Position numbers and translations under genes: made by a program
Notes under the pieces: model-generated
The model's database searches: none
Told to the model about the DNA's origin: nothing
What the model saw: only the letters and a program-made list of their open reading frames with translations
Shown here: positions 48,916 to 57,439 of the stretch, in pieces
Layout: the number at the start of each line of letters is the position of its first letter
Position numbering within the stretch: position 1 is the first letter of the stretch
Virus record (IMG/VR): IMGVR_UViG_2565956960_000004
Coordinates: 12,102 to 76,101 of that record
Length of the DNA stretch: 64,000 nucleotides
Direction: 5' to 3' (one strand)
From: a virus
Taxonomy: Duplodnaviria > Caudoviricetes

Positions 48916-51900
48916 ATGTCCATATTTGAAAATAACTTTTCTTTAAAGCCTGAAAATGTTCTTAGTTCTCTCGATAAATTAATTGATGCGCTAAAAAGCA
49001 TTAATGAAATTACGCAATACTTTAAAAAAGTCTTATCAGGTGAAATTGCGATTGATCGTAATGAAGTCGTAAAGGTCTTATCTTACGCGGAACTTGATGC
49101 AGATAATGAGCTCCTAAAGCAAGTCGCTGACTTTTTGCTGAATGATTCAATTCATAAGCTTGATTCCAACTTGCGTGATTTTATTGTTAAAGGTACGCCG
49201 GATGGTGTTTTAGATAAAATTAAAACTGCACAAGTCTATTATCTTTGTGAAGAAGAATTAATTGAATACATTACACGAAAGGGCAAACCTTTACTTGTAT
49301 TAGCACTTCAAAATGTACCTATCAAAACAGCAAAAGAACATGATCCTTATGCCTTTATTTACAGTGGTCATGTCGTTGTACGTGCTAAACACCTTCCTGA
49401 ATTACCAGATACGCTATTAACAGATTCACAGATATTAGTAAAAGAGGCTTTGTCGAATGTTACAAATACCGATTCAGATTTGGCACAACTTAGCGAACTT
49501 CGTCGCGGATCAGGAAGATCAACAGTTGCTGACGCTCAACCAGGTGGAAATGGAACAGAGATTGGAGCAACAGGCCAAGCTGTTAATGACCGAGGGATAC
49601 TCCGAGACGGTGGTACTGGGGTATCAGAAACTAATGATGCAAGTTTACTTGGCACAGGAAATAGAGGAGATGAACCTGCAATCGGGAGAGGTGCAACCAG
49701 TTCTACAGGGGATGACAGCAGCCGAAGCAGTACAGGTATTAGCTCAAGATCATCTATTAGAGCTAAACGAGATAGATCAATTGTTCAATCTGCTAAGTCA
49801 GCTCGAGCTGAGCTAGATGCTAAGGCACAATTACAAGCTGCAGCTGAAGGGACACCAACAGAATGGTGTGATACTCAAAACATTAGTGAGGCTCTACCAT
49901 ATCTATTGTCAGAACAATGTGATGATGTCTTTATAGCTGAAAAGCGTTTAATCCAAGATGATGCCAATGGCGTGTTATTTACAAATGGCACAGGTACAGG
50001 CAAAACTTTTACAGGGCTTGGCGTTGTTAAACGGTTTTTGAATGCCGGCTTAAAAAATATCTTAATCGTCACTTTAAGCGATAAAATTGCACGTGATTTT
50101 ATCAAGTCTGGTACACCTTTAAATATTAAGATTCACCAATTGAGTGATACCCAAGATAACGGCGGGGACTCAAATGTTGTCGTCACTACATACGCAAATT
50201 TTGGTCAAAATAAATCTTTAGGCAAAAAGGATTGGGACCTCATTATTGTTGATGAAGCGCATACTCTCATGCAAAGCGCGGATGGTGAAACAACATCAGC
50301 ATTGAATAACTTGCGGGGCTTAACCGGACATCATGCTGGCTTCTATGCATGGGCAAAAATGCGGTTTTCAGAGCATGATCCATATGTCCTTCCCAAAGAA
50401 GAACGTACTGAGGAAATGGTCCGTGAATGGAATGAATTACTCCATGATCACAAAGTAGAGTGGGAAAAAAATTGGGCCAATCAAACAGGGAAGCGTGCAA
50501 AGGTTGTATTTCTTTCAGCAACGCCGTTTGCTTATATAAAAACCGTTGACTGGGCAGAGGGCTATTTATTCAATTTCAAGGCCCCACAAGCTCAATATGA
50601 CAATGATTCGTCAGGGGGCTATAACTCTGGTGGTGCGCGTGAACAATTCTACATGTCGAATTTCGGCTATAGAATGCGCTATAACAAACTTACGCGTCCA
50701 GTAGGTGGAGTTGATGAAGGCGTATTTGAACGTCAATTTGCTGAAACCTTAAAGAAATCAGGGGCCATGGCAGGTCGTGAGCTGCAGCTCAAGTTTGACT
50801 ATGATCGAAAATTTATCTTAATCCGGTCTAATGTAGGCCAAAAAATTGATGAAGGTTTGGATTATCTCTGGGATACCAAAGATGATAAAGGGAACAGTAA
50901 ATATTCTGATTTAAGCAGTCTGGTCAACAAACGATTTGATTATCTATCTCGTCGTCGCTTACTTGAAGCAATTAAGGCTGAAGAAGGAATTCCCTTCTTT
51001 AAAAAGAACCTTGCTTTAGGTCGAAAAGTTATTATTTTCCATGATTATAATGATGGTGGCGGCTTTAAGCCTTTTGCTTTCACCGATGAACAATTTAGAT
51101 CAAAAAAAGATGGTGAGTACAACGCTGTGGCAGCTGCTCAATATCAGATGTTAGTTCAAGAACGACCTGATTTGATTCGTTTGAACTGCAATTACAATTC
51201 GCCGCTGGTAACTTTACGCCGAGCATTCCCAAATGCATTGTTATTTAATGGGCGTATATCGAAAAAAGACCGTCAAAAAAATGTAGATATGTTTAACCAG
51301 GATAACAGTGGCTATGACATGTTAATCGTGCAGTCGGACGCTGGTTCAACCGGTATTTCTTTGCATGATACGACGGGAACACACCAACGCGTAAACATTA
51401 ATATCGGCCAACCGATTAAACCCGCCAAGTTGCGCCAAACGGAAGGGCGTATTTATCGGGTTGGACAAGCTTCTAATGCGATTCAACGATATTTCACCAC
51501 AGGGACAAATTGGGAACGCATGGCTTTTGCAGAGACAATTGCTGGACGAGCGGAAACGGTGGATAACCTGGCAAAAGGTGAGGATGCCCTAGTTAGTATT
51601 AAACAGGCATTGATCCAAGCATATGAAGAAGCTGATTACCATGAGCCATCATTATTAGATGGTATCGGCGGTAAGGCATATGATGAAGAAAATGCCCGTA
51701 TAGCTAGACTATCGCCATTTGATAAGGCAATGACCTATTACTATGCTAAAGGCAAGAGAACCGAAAGCCGCCAAAATAGGGAAGGCAAAGAGTGGTATGC
51801 AACGCCTGAGCCGTTAGGTTACAAAATGCTTGAATGGGCCGGTGTTCACAAGGGGGATGATGTACTAGAACCGAGTGCTGGTGATGGGGCAATTGGACGA

Positions 51901-52629
51901 TTCGCGCCGAACGATGTCAATTTAACGATGATTGAACCGACCGAATCTCTGGCAAGTCGAGCTAAAATGGCGAATACCGGTGCAAACGTAATTGTTGGCG
52001 GTTTTGAGGTCCATGGTACCAACAATAAGTATCATGCTATCGTGATGAATCCACCGTTTGGTAATGCTGGTTCGCTTGCAATTCAACATGTACAAAAAGC
52101 CTTTCAGCATCTTTATGATGGTGGGCGTATAGTTGCCATCATTCCGCGTGGTGCCATGGATGAGAAGTTTTCGACCTGGTTAGGAAATGAAAAAGAAGCC
52201 TATTTGTTTGGTGAAGCTTCATTGCCATTAAGTACTTTTAGGAATGCTGGTACCGGTGTTAACACTCGAATCGTGATCATAGAAAAGCATAGTAGTCCAG
52301 AAGATGCGCCTGCATATCCGAAGAACTTTAATTTTTCCCATGCAGAAAGTCCTGAGCAGCTTTTTGATTTGATACGTGATGCCGAAGTAAGACCGCGAAA
52401 ATTACGAATCGATGAACAATTGGATCATTATGGTTTATATGTGCGGGCAGAAAGAAGTAACTTTGTGTTTAATGGCAATGGTCTGAAAGTCGACTTTATT
52501 AAAAATATCCTGACAAGCTACTGGTTTGCCGAAGTTAACCAATACGGTGAAGTGGTTATGCCTTACAACAAGTCAGCCGAAATCATTAAAAAGATAAAAG
52601 AATTTGAATCGGCGAGTGCCCCAGCTTAA
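48916..52629 (+). CDS. DarB-like SF2 helicase fused to N6-adenine methyltransferase
   Basis: GTGTGKT, DEAH, SAT and QTEGRIYR helicase motifs. C-terminal LEPSAGDG and MNPPF. Confidence 0.85.
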   Translation: MSIFENNFSLKPENVLSSLDKLIDALKSINEITQYFKKVLSGEIAIDRNEVVKVLSYAELDADNELLKQVADFLLNDSIHKLDSNLRDFIVKGTPDGVLDKIKTAQVYYLCEEELIEYITRKGKPLLVLALQNVPIKTAKEHDPYAFIYSGHVVVRAKHLPELPDTLLTDSQILVKEALSNVTNTDSDLAQLSELRRGSGRSTVADAQPGGNGTEIGATGQAVNDRGILRDGGTGVSETNDASLLGTGNRGDEPAIGRGATSSTGDDSSRSSTGISSRSSIRAKRDRSIVQSAKSARAELDAKAQLQAAAEGTPTEWCDTQNISEALPYLLSEQCDDVFIAEKRLIQDDANGVLFTNGTGTGKTFTGLGVVKRFLNAGLKNILIVTLSDKIARDFIKSGTPLNIKIHQLSDTQDNGGDSNVVVTTYANFGQNKSLGKKDWDLIIVDEAHTLMQSADGETTSALNNLRGLTGHHAGFYAWAKMRFSEHDPYVLPKEERTEEMVREWNELLHDHKVEWEKNWANQTGKRAKVVFLSATPFAYIKTVDWAEGYLFNFKAPQAQYDNDSSGGYNSGGAREQFYMSNFGYRMRYNKLTRPVGGVDEGVFERQFAETLKKSGAMAGRELQLKFDYDRKFILIRSNVGQKIDEGLDYLWDTKDDKGNSKYSDLSSLVNKRFDYLSRRRLLEAIKAEEGIPFFKKNLALGRKVIIFHDYNDGGGFKPFAFTDEQFRSKKDGEYNAVAAAQYQMLVQERPDLIRLNCNYNSPLVTLRRAFPNALLFNGRISKKDRQKNVDMFNQDNSGYDMLIVQSDAGSTGISLHDTTGTHQRVNINIGQPIKPAKLRQTEGRIYRVGQASNAIQRYFTTGTNWERMAFAETIAGRAETVDNLAKGEDALVSIKQALIQAYEEADYHEPSLLDGIGGKAYDEENARIARLSPFDKAMTYYYAKGKRTESRQNREGKEWYATPEPLGYKMLEWAGVHKGDDVLEPSAGDGAIGRFAPNDVNLTMIEPTESLASRAKMANTGANVIVGGFEVHGTNNKYHAIVMNPPFGNAGSLAIQHVQKAFQHLYDGGRIVAIIPRGAMDEKFSTWLGNEKEAYLFGEASLPLSTFRNAGTGVNTRIVIIEKHSSPEDAPAYPKNFNFSHAESPEQLFDLIRDAEVRPRKLRIDEQLDHYGLYVRAERSNFVFNGNGLKVDFIKNILTSYWFAEVNQYGEVVMPYNKSAEIIKKIKEFESASAPA

Positions 52630-52630
52630 T

Positions 52631-52671
52631 TGGAACACGCGTAAATCTTAAAGTGAAAAGTCAATCAAAAT
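52631..52671 (+). promoter_or_regulatory. Putative late promoter TGGAAC-N29-CAAAAT
   Basis: Shared motif. Stem 52667-52679/52684-52696. Confidence 0.75.
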
Positions 52672-52702
52672 AGCTCTATTAATATAGGGCTATTTTCATT
52701 TC

Positions 52703-53530
52703 ATGGCAGACTTATCACTAGCTCAAGCAGCTAATGCTCCAGAGACTACACAGCCAGAGGACTACAGTTCTGATCCCTTCTACGGCTATGTTTCTAAGCA
52801 TAAGTTTGCAGAGTTTAACCTGTGTACGATTACTCGGGATGAAAACACCAGTGAACCTTTGGTGACGATGGATGCGACTAAACCAACTATAAGGGCTTTT
52901 CTAACCGATGGTGATAGTACTTTCGAGAGTCAATGGCAAACGCCGTTCGAAAATTCTAATCCAGAACTAAAAATGCCTATGTTAATGGCAGGCTTACAAA
53001 CAGGCCAGACTGTTGCTTCAATTGGGGCTGTCAGTGGGGCTGTATTTGGAGAGTTTGCAAGTGGGTTGGGTTCAGCGATACAACCAATTGCTGATTTTGC
53101 AAAACAAGTTGAAGGTAAAACCAATCTCAACAAGGTAAACACAACTCAAGTTTTCCTCTCAACAGCTTCTGTCCATTTAAATCTAAGTGTTTTCTTTATT
53201 GCCTTAAGAGATGCGCGAAAAGAAGTTGAAGAAAAATTAATGCATCTTCAGTCATGGTCATTACCGCAGCATCTATCTCAAGGCACCGTTTTGACAGATT
53301 TGACTAATCAAGGGGTAGAGGGCCTATTCTCGGGAATCATTCCCCCTTATTTATCGCTCACAACGCATGGCAAAACTTTTCTGCCGTTTATCTTGCAAAG
53401 TGTTTCAGCGCCGATTGTTGCTCCAATTGATGAAGATGGGAATCGATTGAGCCTGACAGTGAATTTAAGTCTTATCAGCCGAACTGCTTGGGATGCCCAG
53501 GATGTTCGTAATTTATATACAGTAAATTAA
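52703..53530 (+). CDS. Baseplate/tube-like structural protein
   Basis: W.TPFE and PP.L....GK...PFI..SVS..D..G pattern. Late context. Confidence 0.5.
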   Translation: MADLSLAQAANAPETTQPEDYSSDPFYGYVSKHKFAEFNLCTITRDENTSEPLVTMDATKPTIRAFLTDGDSTFESQWQTPFENSNPELKMPMLMAGLQTGQTVASIGAVSGAVFGEFASGLGSAIQPIADFAKQVEGKTNLNKVNTTQVFLSTASVHLNLSVFFIALRDARKEVEEKLMHLQSWSLPQHLSQGTVLTDLTNQGVEGLFSGIIPPYLSLTTHGKTFLPFILQSVSAPIVAPIDEDGNRLSLTVNLSLISRTAWDAQDVRNLYTVN

Positions 53531-53540
53531 GAGGACAACT

Positions 53541-54239
53541 ATGTTGGATTTCGAAGCTATTCCTATTGGCAATAATATCTATCAGTTAAATGAGCTGACA
53601 TTTAACGATGCCTTAAAAGTTTCAGCGATAGACTTTAGGCTTAACGAAAAGCGTATTTCATCCTTCCTTGGGCATGCATTGGGAGATATGTCTTCACCAA
53701 TGTCGATGACGGTACAAGAACGCTATTACTTGATGCTGAAGTATGTCCAAAACCAAACGAATACGCTGTTTTCTAGCGAAGTGAATTTTGAAGATTGTTT
53801 TAGAGCTGGATTACTTTGGAATGAAGAAATTTCAGAGCAAGGTGTCACCGTAAGACAGTTAAATGGGACAGAGGCTGAATTTCTTGAATCAAAATGTGTA
53901 AATGCAGCGGAGTGGATCGCATGTTTACTCGCATTTCAAATCAGATATGAGAATCACGAGCATTTGGGTACGTTTCCAGATCGCTCATTGTCAACAAAAG
54001 AAATTTTAGAGCAATTCTCGAAACGCTTGAATTATTTAAAGGCACTTCCGCAAAGTGACTTCAATTTGATTTACCAGGATTACATTGCTTTAAATAGCAA
54101 GCTTTTTACCTATGTTGAATTAAATGTGAACAACGATGGATTCGTAGTGCAAAGAGGTGCAGATGACGCGCCTTTACGATTTCGACCCTCTACCTGTTTT
54201 ATCGGAATCATCAAAGAGTTGGACAAATCATTTACTTAG
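53541..54239 (+). CDS. Tail/baseplate assembly protein
   Basis: GAGG RBS; late operon. Confidence 0.55.
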   Translation: MLDFEAIPIGNNIYQLNELTFNDALKVSAIDFRLNEKRISSFLGHALGDMSSPMSMTVQERYYLMLKYVQNQTNTLFSSEVNFEDCFRAGLLWNEEISEQGVTVRQLNGTEAEFLESKCVNAAEWIACLLAFQIRYENHEHLGTFPDRSLSTKEILEQFSKRLNYLKALPQSDFNLIYQDYIALNSKLFTYVELNVNNDGFVVQRGADDAPLRFRPSTCFIGIIKELDKSFT

Positions 54240-54447
54240 CATTGCCCAAAGTCTGGCGGGCCATTGCGGTATGTCACTATTTGAAGCTCTCCAATTGCCT
54301 ATCAGTTTTGAAGCTGATTATTACTCATCGGATGCGTGGGAAGAACGGAAGAAGGAAATTGAACAAGAAGTACAAAGGTACAACACCTTTTTAAAGCTGG
54401 GGAATGAATTGATTAAAGGCTTAAATAATTTAGGTGGTAGACGATGA
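54163..54447 (+). CDS. Small tail-assembly-like protein
   Basis: AGAGG RBS. Overlaps the upstream gene by 77 nt. Confidence 0.55.
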   Translation: MTRLYDFDPLPVLSESSKSWTNHLLSIAQSLAGHCGMSLFEALQLPISFEADYYSSDAWEERKKEIEQEVQRYNTFLKLGNELIKGLNNLGGRR

Positions 54448-54707
54448 TCACTACAAAAATTCTCGGTGATGCCATTGGTATCCAAAGTCAAGGTACTATC
54501 GACAAAACTGAAACACAAACAAATGCTGGACTGACCAACGCCGTGATTGTTGGGCAGTTTATGCGTGGGCGGTTTGATCAGCCGATGGTGATTCATCAGG
54601 GCAACATCCGCGGCCAACTTGGTCATGATCCTTTAAACCCTTATTACAATGCAGTGCAAGATTGCCTGGATACCGGCGTGCCAAGCGTACAAGTTTTGCG
54701 TGTTGGT
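54444..54707 (+). repeat. 264-bp dispersed repeat, copy 3
   Basis: See copy 1. Confidence 0.9.
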
Positions 54708-56039
54708 GAAATTAATAAGAGCATTCCAATTAGCTGTACTGATGCGTTAAATGTCACAGACTGGATTGATATATCAGGCGATTGGAAACTTGAAGTTGAC
54801 GGTGAGCTGGTGCGGCCAGATGCTACAAGCATTGATGATGTAATTGCTTACCTTATAGAAGCAGGGTTTGAAGTCACCGTTGAGTCACCTGTGATTGGTT
54901 GCGAGGGTGCAACTCCTACCGCTTTCATAACAACACTAAGAAAGATAGGTTCAACCGTTCAAGAACAGAGTGATGCATTGCTTGGTAGCATCTACAATAT
55001 TAATGGGCAAGATTACTCCTTAGAAGATTCTGGCCCGATATTGTCAGGGTTAATCACTGGGGAAAGTCTACCTAGCGAAGAACTACCGCCACCAGAAATT
55101 ATTCCTGCTGGATATTACTACCATTATGGTAATGAATCTTCTGAGGATGTTTCTGTATATACAGCTATATCTAAAATTACCAATGTCAGTGATTCTAATC
55201 TAAGACTTGAAATGAAAGCTGGTAATGTCAATCTTTTGAATGTTATCTGGAATAACCCAACAGCTTTAAAAAACCAAGTTTGTATGTCACCAGCCCCAAT
55301 TGTTGAGCCACCGTGGGATATTGAATATACGGTAAATGGTCAAACGTATCGTGAATTAACTGGTAATCCTATACCTGCAAATTATGCGAAAAATAGGCAG
55401 CGAGAGCAGGCGGACAACGGTGTATCAATCTTTGATTGGATTACAGGCATGACGTCCCTCAAGATCAACACAACTATTACGGACATAGGTGATAGTGCTT
55501 TCTTTGAATGTATGCAAGTTGCTGATCTGCAACTACCATCCACCCTAAAAACAGTAGGGAATAGTGCATTCTACAGTCTGAAGAAGTTGAAAAATCTAGA
55601 AATGCCTAATAGCGTAACAGCGATTGGAACCCATGCATTCTATGGCTTAGAAGAAGCTACAAGTATTGCATTATCCAACTCACTTACTCGGGTCCCACAG
55701 TTTGCATTTGATCGGGCATTCAAAGCTCAACCTACACTTGTGATACCTGATAGCGTCACGGTTATTGAAGAATATGCATTTAGAGAATGGAAGCTCACAA
55801 CCAAGATCTTCATAGGCTCGGGGATTCAAGAAATTAAAGAAAATGCGTTTTATGGAGTAGGCGACTATTCGAATACGCTTTCTCAAATCACTGTTAAAGC
55901 AATGGCGCCGCCAATAATTGCACCAGGCTCAATACCAGCTAATGAGTGTCCTATTTATGTACCCGCAGCGGCTGTGAACGCTTATAAGGCTGCAGCTGGC
56001 TGGGCTGATTTTGCGCCACGAATTCAAGCAATCATATAA
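54444..56039 (+). CDS. Sheath-N-like module (copy 3) plus Cys-bounded modules plus BspA-type leucine-rich repeats
   Basis: N-terminal repeat, then LPST.L..VG..AF / IPDSVT.IE..AF repeats and an IYVP..AV..YK.A.GW cap. Confidence 0.85.
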   Translation: MITTKILGDAIGIQSQGTIDKTETQTNAGLTNAVIVGQFMRGRFDQPMVIHQGNIRGQLGHDPLNPYYNAVQDCLDTGVPSVQVLRVGEINKSIPISCTDALNVTDWIDISGDWKLEVDGELVRPDATSIDDVIAYLIEAGFEVTVESPVIGCEGATPTAFITTLRKIGSTVQEQSDALLGSIYNINGQDYSLEDSGPILSGLITGESLPSEELPPPEIIPAGYYYHYGNESSEDVSVYTAISKITNVSDSNLRLEMKAGNVNLLNVIWNNPTALKNQVCMSPAPIVEPPWDIEYTVNGQTYRELTGNPIPANYAKNRQREQADNGVSIFDWITGMTSLKINTTITDIGDSAFFECMQVADLQLPSTLKTVGNSAFYSLKKLKNLEMPNSVTAIGTHAFYGLEEATSIALSNSLTRVPQFAFDRAFKAQPTLVIPDSVTVIEEYAFREWKLTTKIFIGSGIQEIKENAFYGVGDYSNTLSQITVKAMAPPIIAPGSIPANECPIYVPAAAVNAYKAAAGWADFAPRIQAII

Positions 56040-56049
56040 AGGGGGAACA

Positions 56050-56913
56050 ATGCCTAAGATCAAAATCAAAAATTTAAGCGCAGAAATCAACCGCCGTATC
56101 CGGCTTATTAAGACTCCTAACTCTGTTGTAGATCTAGGTGAGCAAAATGGCGCCGTGGTTGAATCTGGTGATTATGTTGGTATCTGCTTAGCTCCATTGG
56201 ATGTGCCGGCGATAAGTTGTGATGGTGCAGGCAATTGGGTATGGTTTTATATGTTTCAACCAATTGGAAACACTGATAGTGACTCAGCTGAAATTTACAT
56301 TGATGATGTGATCTGGCTTGAGAACACACTTGCACCGGCTTGGCTAGGATTTGGTGAGAATACTCCTCCAGTTATACCGCCAGATGGATATCAATTGGTT
56401 GGGGCAGTGCAGTACATAAACAATGATAGTCTCAGTCATAAAATTCGTATAAAAGTTAAGGATGGACTACCTGCTAAAATTCTTATGAAAAGTGACTTTA
56501 CGTATACAACCATTGTTCAGGATAAAGAATATGGAGTCTGTTTGTCGCCAAAAGAGGCTAGCTTTACCTGCACACCTGAAAGTACAAGTGAACATGTGCA
56601 GTTCTCGAAAGTTAGATCAAGTTTCTCTTTAGCTTCTTTTGTAAATGTGCCATTTAACGTTTATGAAAATGATATTCAGATTGGTAGCAACTTGACCTTG
56701 AACAGTCTTAACGACATGGGACCAGTAGGCTTAACTTGCGTGTTTGGAAACATGGAACAGACTTTGATTACTGTTTACAACAATTGGCCTACCGTTCGAA
56801 GCGTAAGGCTTCAACCAGTAGAAAATTTTGTTGCTGATGTTGATGTTACTCAAGGAAACGGCATGGTTGACGAGGATTCTTTATGGTTATGCCTAGCACC
56901 AGCACAAGTTTAA
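56050..56913 (+). CDS. Protein made of Cys-bounded beta modules
   Basis: Three CL(A/S)P module ends; SCDGA and TCTP module starts. Confidence 0.75.
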   Translation: MPKIKIKNLSAEINRRIRLIKTPNSVVDLGEQNGAVVESGDYVGICLAPLDVPAISCDGAGNWVWFYMFQPIGNTDSDSAEIYIDDVIWLENTLAPAWLGFGENTPPVIPPDGYQLVGAVQYINNDSLSHKIRIKVKDGLPAKILMKSDFTYTTIVQDKEYGVCLSPKEASFTCTPESTSEHVQFSKVRSSFSLASFVNVPFNVYENDIQIGSNLTLNSLNDMGPVGLTCVFGNMEQTLITVYNNWPTVRSVRLQPVENFVADVDVTQGNGMVDEDSLWLCLAPAQV

Positions 56914-56940
56914 GTATTACTGAAATTTGATTCAAATCAC

Positions 56941-56964
56941 AGCCACCTTTCGGGGTGGTTTTTT
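56941..56964 (+). terminator. Intrinsic terminator
   Basis: AGCCACCT-TTCG-GGGTGGTT plus T-tract. Confidence 0.8.
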
Positions 56965-56966
56965 AT

Positions 56967-57007
56967 TGGAACCATACCAAACAGTAGTTTTACCAATAAA
57001 TCAAAAT
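56967..57007 (+). promoter_or_regulatory. Putative late promoter TGGAAC-N29-CAAAAT (lysis operon)
   Basis: Shared motif. Confidence 0.75.
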
Positions 57008-57037
57008 AACTCTAAATAAAACATTGGTGAAATTGAA

Positions 57038-57439
57038 ATGGCTGAGCCAGTTAGTAGTGGGGTGGGCGTTGCTGCATTAGTGAAGTTATATGGCCTTTTG
57101 ATCATTTTATCCTTAGCAGCTTCGTTGGCGTATTTGATTGTTGTAATGACTCGGATGCCCAGAACACGTAAAGAATGGGTTGTCTCACTAGTTACTACAT
57201 TAGTGGGAAGTATCGCGGGTGGTTCGTTAGTTGTTCAAAAGTTTGGACTACATGAATGGGCATTAAATTGGTTTGGTATGTGCGCGCTGGGCGGGATCAT
57301 ATTCTGTTGCGGTCTACCATTCTGGGCAATTGTACGCTGGACCTTCAACTACATAGAAAAGAAAGAAGGTTCAGACATTTTTGAAGTAGCTAATGACGTG
57401 CGTAATTCTGTGCAGGGGAAAGACAATGTTAATGACTGA
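57038..57439 (+). CDS. Holin
   Basis: Three TM helices with a charged C-terminus, directly upstream of the endolysin. Confidence 0.75.
   Translation: MAEPVSSGVGVAALVKLYGLLIILSLAASLAYLIVVMTRMPRTRKEWVVSLVTTLVGSIAGGSLVVQKFGLHEWALNWFGMCALGGIIFCCGLPFWAIVRWTFNYIEKKEGSDIFEVANDVRNSVQGKDNVND

Noticed and set aside
53541-54447. Programmed frameshift between overlapping tail-assembly ORFs
   Set aside because: The second ORF has its own AGAGG RBS and ATG (54163), and I saw no convincing slippery heptamer.
34749-54707. Diversity-generating retroelement or invertible fibre system behind the 264-bp repeats
   Set aside because: No reverse transcriptase or invertase. The copies are direct and N-terminal, and their differences are mostly synonymous rather than adenine-specific.
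10773-57007. GGAAC as an ECF-sigma (sigmaE-type) -35 element
   Set aside because: The conserved downstream hexamer is 28-29 nt away rather than ~16-17, and no sigma factor is encoded in the window.
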